Positions 45,832 to 55,677 of a DNA stretch of 64,000 nt are shown piece by piece (the first letter of the stretch is position 1; each line of letters starts with the position of its first letter). The position numbers and the translations under genes are program-made. Origin of the DNA: a virus; IMG/VR virus record IMGVR_UViG_3300002835_000024. The stretch is one strand, 5' to 3'. The notes under the pieces are model-generated. The model saw only the letters and a program-made list of their open reading frames with translations. It was not told the DNA's origin and ran no database searches.

Positions 45832-46753
45832 ATTGAACGTCAATGCCAATGGCGGGACAGAACTCGTGACGCGAGGATTGTTTGAAAGGTTGGGTGATAG
45901 TCTCGATGGCATTCAGCTTATAAGCTCAAGAGTCAGAGATATTGAGCGAAACAAAAAACGAATTCTGCATCTGCACGATTTGCCAGAAGATCCAGAGTCT
46001 CAACACCTAAGCAATGACCTCTCAAGAAACAGATTCTCCGCTCTGGTCTTTGTTTCTTACTGGCAAATGCAACAATACATCGACAAACTTGGCATTCCAA
46101 ACAACCACAAATGTTTTGTTATTCATAACGCTATTGAACCAATTCCACAAGTTAAGAAACCTGATCCTACTGATAAAGTGAAGTTGATTTACACATCAAC
46201 ACCACACAGGGGTCTTGAGATTCTTGTTCCCGTATTTGAAAATCTTTATGAGAAGTTTGATGGTAAACTAGAGTTGGATGTTTTCTCTTCGTTCAATATC
46301 TATGGATGGCCAGAGAGGGATAAAGTTTATGAGCCCCTTTTTGATCGTTGCAGGAATCATCCTGGGATTAATTATCATGGGTTCCAACCAAACAGTGTTG
46401 TAAGGCAGGCTCTTCAACAGGCGCATATCTTTGCTTATCCCTCTATGTGGAAAGAAACTTTTTGCTTGGCTATGGTAGAGGCTATGTCTGCTGGGTGTCT
46501 TTGTGTGCACTCTGATTTGGCGGCTCTTCCTGAGATTTCGGCAGGCCTCAACCACATGTATCGATATTCAGAATATATGAATGAACATGCTGGGGTTTTT
46601 CACAATAATCTAGAAGATTCTATTCACTTTCTGCTGGAAAATAAAGATAACATGAATTTCTCCTTAAATAAGTTTTATGTTGACCACAGATACAGCTGGG
46701 ATGCTGTAATTCCCCAGTGGAAGTCATTGATATCATTCGTAAAAAACGATTGA
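45818..46753 (+). CDS. GT-B (family 4-like) glycosyltransferase
   Basis: GGTE, YTSTPHRGL, YPS.WKETFCLAMVEAMSAG. Confidence 0.9.
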   Translation: MQINELNVNANGGTELVTRGLFERLGDSLDGIQLISSRVRDIERNKKRILHLHDLPEDPESQHLSNDLSRNRFSALVFVSYWQMQQYIDKLGIPNNHKCFVIHNAIEPIPQVKKPDPTDKVKLIYTSTPHRGLEILVPVFENLYEKFDGKLELDVFSSFNIYGWPERDKVYEPLFDRCRNHPGINYHGFQPNSVVRQALQQAHIFAYPSMWKETFCLAMVEAMSAGCLCVHSDLAALPEISAGLNHMYRYSEYMNEHAGVFHNNLEDSIHFLLENKDNMNFSLNKFYVDHRYSWDAVIPQWKSLISFVKND

Positions 46754-46802
46754 CTTTTCAGTTAATTTAGGCTAGAATGGTGTTCTAGCTTAGGGAAGAA
46801 AA

Positions 46803-47900
46803 ATGCTTAAAGTTAAAAAACGTAAGGCTCGTAGGTCATCTGGTAATACGGATGTTTACTATGGCGCCGAACCCATTATTATCGGCAAGATCGATAATCT
46901 TCAGCTATCCAAGGCTCTGACTTGGTATAACTACACCCAAGATGCCGAGAAAGGCCACAGGTGGTTTCTAGATTATTTAGATCGCAGTGGCTCCTCCAAA
47001 TCAGATATTCGTTCTGCCAAGAGGATCAATCCGAAACGAGTCATACCGACCGTGTTCTGGATGGCCAAGATGGCACTCAATGGAACTAAGTTCGATAAAG
47101 AAACGCAACAGCGTTTTGAATATAAAGTTAAAGAAATTATCAATTCTGGTTCCAAGTTGAGCGATCCTGAAGAGATCACAACAACAAAAGAAAAACCCAA
47201 CATCCAAGAACGGATCAAAGAAAAAGGCCAAAACGTTATCGCGGATCTAGAAGAAGCTTATGATCTTTTTGTAACGAAATCACAGAAGTTTGCTCTTTAT
47301 GATTTTCTTCAGAAAAATAATGTTTCGCCGCAAATCTCTGGTATGATTCGCGACTACTACAGTCGTGTTCTTGAAGATCTTAATTGCACCGACAAAGAAG
47401 TCAGAAACTCATTCGGAAAAGACAGGCTCAAGCAGGCCAGGTTTCTGGAAGAATGGATGGCAGACTTAGATCGCCACACTTCTAATCGTAAGGCGTCAAA
47501 GGTTCGGAAACCCAGGAAGAAGAAACAGAAGCTGGCAGTTGATGTTGTCAAGAGGATCAAATATCAGAAAGAGTTTAAGCCTTTCAAGATTGTCTCGATT
47601 CAACCAACTGAAATTGTCGGAAGTCAACAACTCTGGGTTTACAACACTAAATATAAGCAGATGGTTATGTTTAATGCTTCTGGTCCCGCAGGTCTTTCGA
47701 TGAAGGGAACAACTATAACTGGATTTTGTAAAGAGGAATCACAACAGAAAACTCTTAGGAAACCAGAAGAGCAAATCAACAAGGTTCTCAGTGGTGGTAA
47801 AATTATTCTCAGGAAATTCATGAGCGAGATAAAGACTAAAAGTAGAGTTCCTAATGGCAGGATCAATGAGAATTGTATTCTGCTCAGGGTTGTCAAATAA
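46803..47900 (+). CDS. Conserved T4-like hypothetical protein
   Basis: LWVYNTKYK, KGTTI.GF, KTLRKP, NGRINE. Confidence 0.85.
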   Translation: MLKVKKRKARRSSGNTDVYYGAEPIIIGKIDNLQLSKALTWYNYTQDAEKGHRWFLDYLDRSGSSKSDIRSAKRINPKRVIPTVFWMAKMALNGTKFDKETQQRFEYKVKEIINSGSKLSDPEEITTTKEKPNIQERIKEKGQNVIADLEEAYDLFVTKSQKFALYDFLQKNNVSPQISGMIRDYYSRVLEDLNCTDKEVRNSFGKDRLKQARFLEEWMADLDRHTSNRKASKVRKPRKKKQKLAVDVVKRIKYQKEFKPFKIVSIQPTEIVGSQQLWVYNTKYKQMVMFNASGPAGLSMKGTTITGFCKEESQQKTLRKPEEQINKVLSGGKIILRKFMSEIKTKSRVPNGRINENCILLRVVK

Positions 47901-48775
47901 TTGAATCTGGAGATTTGAAAATTATTATCGTTGATCTACAACAAATTATGGTGGCCAATCTGATGATCCAGATTGGTAAAATGAAAAAAGAAGAAGTTGA
48001 TGAGTCTCTTCTGAGACACATGATTCTTAATTCAATCCGTTCTTTCAAAACAGCATATTCCAGCGATTATGGCGAGATTGTTATCGCCTGTGATTCTAAG
48101 AACAGCTGGCGTCGAGAAGCTTTCCCCTATTACAAAGCCAATCGAAGACAACAAAGAGAAGAAGAACAGCTGTTTGATTGGAAACTTGTCTTTGAGTCTT
48201 TCGGTAAAATCAAAGAAGAGCTCAAGCAATTCATGCCCTATAGGCTCGTTCAGGTTGAGGGTGCTGAAGCCGATGATATTATCGCGACTCTCGTTCATAA
48301 GTTTGGTCCCGAAGGAAAACGCATACTGATTCTTTCTGGTGACAAAGACTTTATCCAGCTGCACAACTATATGGGCGTGGAACAATATGATCCCGTGAGA
48401 AAGAAAAAGATCTATCACGCATATCCGGATCTCTACAAACAAGAACATATTATCAGGGGCGACAAGGGTGACGGTATACCCAGCATCCTGATGGGAGATA
48501 ATTCTTTAGTTTTGCGAGAGAGACAAAAACCTTTAAGAGAATCTAAAATAAATAGTTGGTTAGGTAAAAGACCAGAAGAATATTGCGATCATATGTCTCT
48601 GCAGAGATGGTATAGGAATCAACTCTTGATCGATCTAGATATGGTGCCGAAATCCATATCAGAAAAAATTATTCAAGAATACGAAAGCCAAGCTGGGAAA
48701 GACAGAAAATCAATTCTTAATTATTTTATCAAACATCGACTCAAAAATATGATGGAGAAAATAAATGACTTCTAG
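47873..48775 (+). CDS. rnh: RNase H / 5'-3' exonuclease (T4 rnh-like); start uncertain
   Basis: WRR..FPYYKANR, EADDIIA, SGDKDFIQL, GDKGDGIP. Confidence 0.93.
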   Translation: MYSAQGCQIIESGDLKIIIVDLQQIMVANLMIQIGKMKKEEVDESLLRHMILNSIRSFKTAYSSDYGEIVIACDSKNSWRREAFPYYKANRRQQREEEQLFDWKLVFESFGKIKEELKQFMPYRLVQVEGAEADDIIATLVHKFGPEGKRILILSGDKDFIQLHNYMGVEQYDPVRKKKIYHAYPDLYKQEHIIRGDKGDGIPSILMGDNSLVLRERQKPLRESKINSWLGKRPEEYCDHMSLQRWYRNQLLIDLDMVPKSISEKIIQEYESQAGKDRKSILNYFIKHRLKNMMEKINDF

Positions 48776-48784
48776 GAGATCACA

Positions 48785-49201
48785 TTGTTAAAAGAATCCC
48801 TTTCTGCTATTATCAACAAAGCCGCACAAATAGACGATACCAAAGAGCGAGTAGAATTCCTTCGAAGGCATGAGTCGGCGCCACTAAAGGTTGTGTTGAG
48901 GTGTGGCTTACACCCAAAAATTAATTGGCTTTTAGAACCAGGAACGCCTAAATATAAACCGAATAGAGAATATCCTGACCTTCAGGGTATGTTATATTCG
49001 AGGACTAGACTTTTATATATGTTTATAGATGGAACTGGCAATCATATTCCGCCACAGAAAAGAGAAAAGCTGTTTGTTGAGATGTTAGAATCGATTCTTC
49101 CTGAGGATGCAGAGCTTCTCATACAAGTTAAAGACAAACAGCTACCAAAAACTATAAACAAAAATATTTTCAATAAAGCTTTTCCAGCAGAAAAAATCTA
49201 A
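48785..49201 (+). CDS. Conserved T4-like hypothetical protein
   Basis: KREKLFVEMLESI...AELL..VKDK; typical position after rnh. Confidence 0.8.
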   Translation: MLKESLSAIINKAAQIDDTKERVEFLRRHESAPLKVVLRCGLHPKINWLLEPGTPKYKPNREYPDLQGMLYSRTRLLYMFIDGTGNHIPPQKREKLFVEMLESILPEDAELLIQVKDKQLPKTINKNIFNKAFPAEKI

Positions 49202-49382
49202 GAGAGAGGGAAATGGGAAAAACCATTAATAATAGAAGATACTTTCAAGATCTAGAAGAGGACTATGATGTTTGGGATACAGACCGAGAAGGCAACCGTC
49301 GAAAGCGAAAAGAGAAACGCATCGACAGAGCTCTCAGGACTAAAAACATTCAGGAACTGGTTGACCTAGACGAAGAGTTGGA

Positions 49383-50123
49383 TTGATTGTGCAAGAAAAC
49401 CTCAATACTGTTATCGCTAAAATAACAAAAACCGGAGAATATAAATCTTCCGGGCGAAATTTTACAGCTTTATCAGTTTGGGATATAGATGACACTTTGT
49501 ATACGACGCCAGGAATAAAAATTTTATTAAAAGATCCTAAGACGAAAAAAATTATTAGAACATTAACTACTGCAGAGTATGCTAATCATCACAAATCGAA
49601 TGATTATGAATATGATTTTTCTCAATTCACTGATCCACAATATTTTTCTGATAAAGCCATAAAAACAACTTTGTTTAATAAAGCTATACAAGAATTTAGG
49701 GATAAATCAAATTTTTTTATAATATTGACAGCAAGAAGCAATATGTCCATCAAAAGTCAAAATGATAAAAAAATAGAAAATGAAATGTTTACAGCAATGA
49801 CACCACAGCAACGAATAAAAATGCAAGAACAAAGTGCAAAAGAAATATTTTTAAAAAAATTTAGAAATGATGGATTGCAAATATACAAAAACGATCCAGG
49901 CGCGCATGTAATAAGAATGGGGTCTTTGAGTGCTGGATATGATAAGGGTAAAGTCATAGCTGAAATATTGAGAGCGGCTGATAAATCTCAAACCAAAATA
50001 CAATCAGTAAAATATTGGGATGATAGTTCTGAAGAAATAAAAAATATGCGAACAGCCTCGTCGTTGTTTAAAAATATTAAATTTACTATAACAGAAGTAC
50101 CGAGAAAACATGCCAACTTATAA
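49383..50123 (+). CDS. HAD-superfamily phosphatase-like protein
   Basis: WDIDDTL (DxDxT), ILTARS, YWDDS. Confidence 0.7.
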   Translation: MIVQENLNTVIAKITKTGEYKSSGRNFTALSVWDIDDTLYTTPGIKILLKDPKTKKIIRTLTTAEYANHHKSNDYEYDFSQFTDPQYFSDKAIKTTLFNKAIQEFRDKSNFFIILTARSNMSIKSQNDKKIENEMFTAMTPQQRIKMQEQSAKEIFLKKFRNDGLQIYKNDPGAHVIRMGSLSAGYDKGKVIAEILRAADKSQTKIQSVKYWDDSSEEIKNMRTASSLFKNIKFTITEVPRKHANL

Positions 50124-50421
50124 GTTTAAAAACAGAAAAACTGGTGACGAGTTTACAGAGTTTATGAAAATCTCAGAGCTTGATCCATACAAAGAAGCAA
50201 ATCCAGATCTCGAGCAGGTTCCAAACGGAGCTCCTCTTATTGCTTATAGAAATCTAGGCAGTGAGATAAAAGTTGATGGCGGGTTCAAGGAAGTTCTACA
50301 GAAAGCAGCCGAGGCGCATCCCCTTTCTCCACTGGCAGATAGATATATGAAGAAAACAGCAAAACAGTTGAAAACTGAAGAAGTCGTCAAAAAACACAGA
50401 AGGCGTTCCGGTAAAACATAG
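50110..50421 (+). CDS. FmdB-like protein
   Basis: MPTYKF start; precedes phoH. Confidence 0.7.
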   Translation: MPTYKFKNRKTGDEFTEFMKISELDPYKEANPDLEQVPNGAPLIAYRNLGSEIKVDGGFKEVLQKAAEAHPLSPLADRYMKKTAKQLKTEEVVKKHRRRSGKT

Positions 50422-50433
50422 TAAAGGGTAGTT

Positions 50434-51183
50434 ATGAAAAGATTGTCCAGAAAACAAAGAAGAATGATAGAACATGGAGATCTTGACGAAAGCGAAATCT
50501 TGAAAGAAAAAATCTTCAAGATACGTACCGTAAAACCGATAACTGAAAACCAAAAACAGGCATTCGAAGATTTTTATGAAGATCAAAATCTTCTGCTCAC
50601 GGGATCTGCAGGAACGGGCAAAACGTTTATAGCGTGTTATCTAGGTTTGAATGAAGTTTTGCAAAATCCAGAAACCTACAATAGTTTGACAATTGTCAGG
50701 TCAGTTGTTCCAACAAGAGACATGGGATTTATCCCTGGCAAGATTCAAGAGAAGCAACAAATCTATGAGATGCCATATGTTTCTATTTTTCAAGAAATGT
50801 CTCTTGATGATGATAAAAAATCCTATGACAAACTAAAGGGGGATGGTCTGGTCAATTTCATCAGCACCTCTTTTATTCGTGGGCACACCCTTAGAAACAC
50901 TATCGTTGTTGTTGATGAGATTCAGAATATGAATTTCAACGAACTATGGACGGTGATTACCAGAATTGGAAAAAACTGCAGAATCATTTTTTGTGGTGAT
51001 ATTAAACAGAACGATCTCTATAATCAAAGACAGCAGTCTGGATTTGAGAACTTCTTCAAGATCATCAATAATATGCAATCGTTTTCTACCACAGAATTTA
51101 ACGTGAATGACATCGTTAGAAGTGACGTTGTTAAACAGTTTATCACAGCAGCCGAAAAACTCAACATATCACCAAATACGTAA
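50434..51183 (+). CDS. phoH: PhoH-like ATPase
   Basis: GSAGTGKT, RSVVPTRDMGFIPG, FIRGHT, DEIQN, CGD..Q. Confidence 0.95.
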   Translation: MKRLSRKQRRMIEHGDLDESEILKEKIFKIRTVKPITENQKQAFEDFYEDQNLLLTGSAGTGKTFIACYLGLNEVLQNPETYNSLTIVRSVVPTRDMGFIPGKIQEKQQIYEMPYVSIFQEMSLDDDKKSYDKLKGDGLVNFISTSFIRGHTLRNTIVVVDEIQNMNFNELWTVITRIGKNCRIIFCGDIKQNDLYNQRQQSGFENFFKIINNMQSFSTTEFNVNDIVRSDVVKQFITAAEKLNISPNT

Positions 51184-51885
51184 ATGAAAAAGAAATTCAA
51201 ACATAATCTAGTTTGGCCTACTCCGGATTTAGAAACGGAAATCATCAACGGTGGTCGACATTATATCGTAAGAGAAGATGTTAAGTTTCCAAGCGTCACA
51301 ACTATTCTTGATGGCACAGCAGATAAGACTTGGCTACAAGAATGGAAAGCCAGAGTTGGTGAAGAAGAAGCTGAAAGAATATCAAATCGTGCTAAGAACA
51401 GAGGAACTCTTATGCATGAGATGGCGGAAGATTATACGCTAAACAAAGAATTGAAACCTGTTTCTCCCATCGCAACTATGGTCTTTCAACCCATCAAAAA
51501 GAAACTTGACGCCCACGTAGACGAAATAATGTTTGTAGAGGGATGTCTTTGGAGCGAGAACCTACGAGTAGCAGGACGTTGTGATCTTATTGCATGCTGG
51601 GATGGAGTACCAGCCATCATAGATTATAAGACTGCTTCGAAAGAAAAATGCAAATCGCATATCACAGATTATTTTCTTCAAACATCTTTGTACTCGTATA
51701 TGTTTTGGGAAAGAACCAATATTCTGGTTGATGATATCGTTATCCTGATATCGGTAGAAGATGACCCAGAGGCTCAGGTTTTCCGAGTAAAAGCTTCAGA
51801 TTATTTACAGGAAGCCAAAGGTAGGATAAAAGCCTATGAAAAAGCTTGTCTCGAGAGGCTCGAGAGGCGTTTAGAGCCCATATAA
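51184..51885 (+). CDS. PD-(D/E)xK exonuclease
   Basis: PSVTTIL, RGT.MH, AGRCD, IIDYKT. Confidence 0.9.
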   Translation: MKKKFKHNLVWPTPDLETEIINGGRHYIVREDVKFPSVTTILDGTADKTWLQEWKARVGEEEAERISNRAKNRGTLMHEMAEDYTLNKELKPVSPIATMVFQPIKKKLDAHVDEIMFVEGCLWSENLRVAGRCDLIACWDGVPAIIDYKTASKEKCKSHITDYFLQTSLYSYMFWERTNILVDDIVILISVEDDPEAQVFRVKASDYLQEAKGRIKAYEKACLERLERRLEPI

Positions 51886-52089
51886 GGCTTTCCTAGCCCC
51901 TCCCCAGAGAGCGCACTCTCGGGCTCGAGAGAGGCTTTTAGGGGGTTTAAAAAACCTAATAAAAACAAGGGGCGTAATATTAACGTTTTTTAATGAAAAA
52001 GTTAGAAAAAAGGTTGTTTTTTCTCTCTTAGCCGAGTATACTGACAATATCGCGTTGAAGCGAATAACTCTTTTGAAGGATCTTATATT

Positions 52090-53103
52090 ATGGCACATAT
52101 GCTTGAGCGTCTCGCTGATGGTTCTTACTCTATGGCTTGGACTGGCGAAACGCCTTGGCACGGTCTCGGGAAGCAAGTTCCTGCTGACCTCACTCCCGAA
52201 CAAATCATGAAAGAGGCTAATCTCGACTGGGAAGTCGAAAAGGTTCCCGCCTATGCCGATATCACAGTCGGTAAGAAAGTCGAGCGAGTCGCAGTTGGTC
52301 GTTCTGCTCTTGTCCGCAAGACGGACGGAAAAGTTCTTGACGTAGTTGGCGATGACTGGAATCCTCTGCAAAATGCCGATGCTTTCCAGTTCTTCAATGA
52401 CTTCATTGCAGCTGGTGACATGTCTATGCATACCGCTGGATCCATTCAGGATGGACGGCGAGTTTTCGCCCTCGCTAAAGTGAACGAGTCCTTCGAAGCA
52501 GTCAAGGGCGATCGTGTTGATTCGTACCTTCTTCTTTCGAATCCCCACCTTTATGGCAAGACCATCGACATTCAGTTTACGCCCATTCGGGTTGTTTGCT
52601 GGAATACTCTTTCGATGGCTCTTCAGGGTTCGGATCGCAATCGTGTCGCGGTTTCCCACCGTACTGAGTTCAATGGCGATTCAGTGAAAGAAATGCTGGG
52701 TATCGCCAAAGAAAAGCTTCAGACCTATAAAGAAGCTTCCCAGTATCTTTCTTCGAAGCGTCTGCTGAATGAGACTGCCACTGAGTATTTCTCTCGCGTG
52801 TTCGGAACTAAGATGACCAAGAAAGAAGAGAAAGCTTCGGAGCCTTCACGAAACGCTCGGATCGCCCTCGATATGCTGCAACAGCAACCTGGAGCCCAGT
52901 TCGCCGAAGGCAGTATGTGGCAAGGATTCAATTCCGCTACGTTTGTTATTGACCATATCATCGGTCGAAACAATGACAATCGTATGAATTCCGCTTGGTT
53001 TGGTTGGGGTCGTACTAAGAAGATCGAAGCAATGAAGATCGCTATGGAGATGGCAGATTCGGCTCCTGATCTCAGGTCTAAACGCCAGAAAGTTGCTGCA
53101 TGA
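52090..53103 (+). CDS. DUF932/DUF945-family protein
   Basis: ETPWHGLG, LQN.DAF.FF, TPIRVVCWNTL, SAWFG. Confidence 0.9.
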   Translation: MAHMLERLADGSYSMAWTGETPWHGLGKQVPADLTPEQIMKEANLDWEVEKVPAYADITVGKKVERVAVGRSALVRKTDGKVLDVVGDDWNPLQNADAFQFFNDFIAAGDMSMHTAGSIQDGRRVFALAKVNESFEAVKGDRVDSYLLLSNPHLYGKTIDIQFTPIRVVCWNTLSMALQGSDRNRVAVSHRTEFNGDSVKEMLGIAKEKLQTYKEASQYLSSKRLLNETATEYFSRVFGTKMTKKEEKASEPSRNARIALDMLQQQPGAQFAEGSMWQGFNSATFVIDHIIGRNNDNRMNSAWFGWGRTKKIEAMKIAMEMADSAPDLRSKRQKVAA

Positions 53104-53176
53104 TATAACTAAAAACTTCGCCTAAATATGATCAGTGGGTTTGGGCCCACTGATCATCTGCATGTGAGGTTTTAAA

Positions 53177-53671
53177 ATGGCTAAGAGAGAATTAGTTAGT
53201 AAGAATTTTTTTCTTGATGAGTTTACATATTCGCCGACAGCCAAGTCGTTCAAGATGAATAATGAACCTAATGCAGAGGCGAAAGCAAATCTTAGAAATA
53301 TCATCAAGAAAATCGCCCAACCAGTCAGAGATAATTTTAAAAAGCCTCTGAAGATTAATTCTGGTTATAGATCGCCTCAAGTAAATGTTGCAGTGGGTGG
53401 AGCATCAAAATCTCAACATACTACGGGAGAGGCTATTGACATAGAAATTGAGGGCGTCTCAAATAAAGTTTTGGCTGATTGGATCGATAAGAATTTAGAG
53501 TACGACCAACTTATTCTAGAATTTTATAATCCAATGCAAGGAGTCAACTCTGGTTGGGTTCATGTTTCTCTTAGAAAAACTGGCAAAAACAGAAAAAATA
53601 AATTGGTTGCTTATAAAGACGGCAAAGCTACACGTTATGAAATGGTAACAGATTTCACTAAAGTAAAGTAA
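53177..53671 (+). CDS. Peptidase M15A (putative endolysin)
   Basis: INSGYRS, SQHTTGEAIDI, DQLILE, WVHVS. Confidence 0.9.
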   Translation: MAKRELVSKNFFLDEFTYSPTAKSFKMNNEPNAEAKANLRNIIKKIAQPVRDNFKKPLKINSGYRSPQVNVAVGGASKSQHTTGEAIDIEIEGVSNKVLADWIDKNLEYDQLILEFYNPMQGVNSGWVHVSLRKTGKNRKNKLVAYKDGKATRYEMVTDFTKVK

Positions 53672-53823
53672 GGAAATCAGAATGAAGAATAATTTTTTCA
53701 TGTCTACTATAGACGCTATTATGTCTCTGGTTGGCATTTTCGGATTTGTTGATAATATGAAAGCCGCATTCGCGAGGAAACCTCGTGTTTAAAATTTGTG
53801 ATTTGTTTAAAAGGAATAAAAAT

Positions 53824-54057
53824 ATGTCAAAACATGTTTGGGAAATCTATAGAGACAAAGCTGGTGAATGGCGTTATCGTATTCTGGCCGAAAACGGCAG
53901 AAACGTAGGCTCCTCTGGTGATGGGGTTAAAAATCTAGATGACATATATGAAACAGTCAGTAGACTTAGAAAACCTCAAGACGATATTTCCATTTTGACT
54001 AACAATGAAGGAAACGTTTCTCCGGGTGATAAACAATTCCTTAGCGAGCATGAATAA
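53824..54057 (+). CDS. DUF1508/YegP-like protein
   Basis: WEIYRDKAGEWRYRILAENG. Confidence 0.7.
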   Translation: MSKHVWEIYRDKAGEWRYRILAENGRNVGSSGDGVKNLDDIYETVSRLRKPQDDISILTNNEGNVSPGDKQFLSEHE

Positions 54058-54096
54058 ACGCTTGACTTATAGGTCAGAAAAAGGTATAAATAGGTT

Positions 54097-54208
54097 GTAG
54101 TAGAGTTTCGATGACGATGATCTGGACCAATGAATTTTGGCGTTAGACTAAGATCTCCTTATTTTGGGAGTACGTGGGGGTGGATCCCACTCGTTGTTGA
54201 ATGACTAC
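54097..54208 (+). ncRNA. Candidate structured ncRNA
   Basis: GTAGT/ACTAC and TTCGATGACGA/TCGTTGTTGAA closing helices, three inner hairpins, TATAAATA at 54085. Confidence 0.5.
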
Positions 54209-54232
54209 TAATAAATTGCTAGGAGTGTTTGT

Positions 54233-55024
54233 ATGGGTAAATTATTACAAATTATAAAAGAAACTCTTTCTGATTATAAAGTAATAGTTTCGCCTCATCC
54301 CATTCACTATAGGCGTCCTTATGGAATTTCCAATTTAGACTCAGCAATGTCAGAAGCTTCTCGAGTCAAAGCTTCTCCAGTCAGTGCTTTAGAACCAGAT
54401 GAAAAATCTCTAGACGAAATATCAGAAAAACTGACAAAGGACAGGCCAAAAATTTCAGAAACCCAAGCAGGTCATGTTGAAGATTATACTACTGATGAAA
54501 CTGGATCTTCTTATCATATCAATACTTCTCTTATTGACGCGCATAACAATGGAACGCACCCTGAAGGAGATATGATATATGAAGATAAACGAATTCATCG
54601 CACTATTTCAAAATTAACTGAGAATCCAATTGGTCACAGTGTTGATCTTTATTCTGGTGTTGGGTTTGATCCTGAAAAACTATTAGGTGGTTCTTCTAAT
54701 TCCATATTGCATCTACCCGCCCACACATCAACGACACATTCTCCTCTCGTCGCGCTTAAACACGCCATGGACAATCGTCCGAGAACTGGCAAAGGTAATG
54801 GGAATGCTGGCAACACAGCCCACATAATTAAAATTTCTACCACACCAAAAACAAAAGGATTTCATGTTGGTGATTTGTCTGAGTTCAATAATGAACGAGA
54901 AACAATTTTACCAGCCAAAACAAACTTGATACATTCACATACAACAATGCATACAGATGAGAATAATCCAAATATAAAAGTGAAAATACATCATTTTGCG
55001 GTTCATTCTCAGGAAAACGATTGA
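54233..55024 (+). CDS. Putative ADP-ribosyltransferase (Alt/VIP2-like)
   Basis: YT...SYHIN..L, LYSG, HTSTT, NERETILP. Confidence 0.7.
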   Translation: MGKLLQIIKETLSDYKVIVSPHPIHYRRPYGISNLDSAMSEASRVKASPVSALEPDEKSLDEISEKLTKDRPKISETQAGHVEDYTTDETGSSYHINTSLIDAHNNGTHPEGDMIYEDKRIHRTISKLTENPIGHSVDLYSGVGFDPEKLLGGSSNSILHLPAHTSTTHSPLVALKHAMDNRPRTGKGNGNAGNTAHIIKISTTPKTKGFHVGDLSEFNNERETILPAKTNLIHSHTTMHTDENNPNIKVKIHHFAVHSQEND

Positions 55025-55055
55025 CAAACTATAAAATATAGGGTATAAATAGTCT

Positions 55056-55373
55056 TAATGATAGTAAACTGATGGGTGTTAAAGCAAGCAAGACGAGGGT
55101 GCGAATCCCTCCGCCTCCACCAAAAGCAGTATGTAAAGGTTGTTGACCTTCATCATATGCTAGCTAGGTAAGTAGAATTCTTACTACATACTGTTTTTGA
55201 TGGGGGCGAATTAGGATCGATTGGTTGTGAATAAATCCAAAGGCTATCCGGATGTTCTCCGTTAAACGAACAAAAACTAGAAATGCCAACGATAACGAAG
55301 TTGCATTTGAGACTCGCCTAGCGGCATGATCTCGACGGGCACGGAGGACGCCTTGGAACAGAAGTTCCTCCAC
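55056..55373 (+). ncRNA. ssrA: Circularly permuted two-piece tmRNA
   Basis: Acceptor piece ends CGCCTCCACCA (55122); coding piece starts GGGGGCG (55202), giving G3:U70; tag ANDNEVAFETRLAA-stop at 55285-55329; outer ends approximate. Confidence 0.93.
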
Positions 55374-55403
55374 TAATCTTAACATGTTAAAGGAATGAAT
55401 AAA

Positions 55404-55586
55404 ATGAAATATATTGCTGCTGCTCTTGTTCTCTCTCTTGCCGCCTGCTCGCAAGAAGCTCCTGTTGCTCCTCCGGTCGAGCCTGCTCCTCCAGTTGAAA
55501 CACCAACTCCTGTTGCTCCTGCTGAGCCGCCTGCTGTTGTTGAACCTGTCAATCCCGCTGAAGCTGCAACCACTGTAGCTCAGTAG
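55404..55586 (+). CDS. Pro/Ala-rich lipoprotein
   Basis: MKYIAAALVLSLAAC lipobox. Confidence 0.75.
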   Translation: MKYIAAALVLSLAACSQEAPVAPPVEPAPPVETPTPVAPAEPPAVVEPVNPAEAATTVAQ

Positions 55587-55677
55587 TTTATAGGAAAGTT
55601 ATCCAAGGTTACTAACATAACCTTGGATAATTTCTATATAATTTGGTCAAATATCATGAATTCGAGAGGAACGGAGA

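Larger units (their letters stand above)
3953..55051 (+). promoter_or_regulatory. Dispersed T4-type late promoters TATAAATA
   Basis: Intergenic copies at about 3953, 4241, 6074, 14865, 16923, 28547, 29322, 35204, 42444, 43457, 54085 and 55044; gp33 is present. Confidence 0.85.

Noticed and set aside
51850-51945. CTCGAGAG repeats and small inverted repeats upstream of the DUF932 promoter
   Set aside because: Short and irregular; I cannot support a defined element.
55164-55454. Minus-strand ORF over 55164-55454
   Set aside because: Antisense to tmRNA and the lipoprotein gene.
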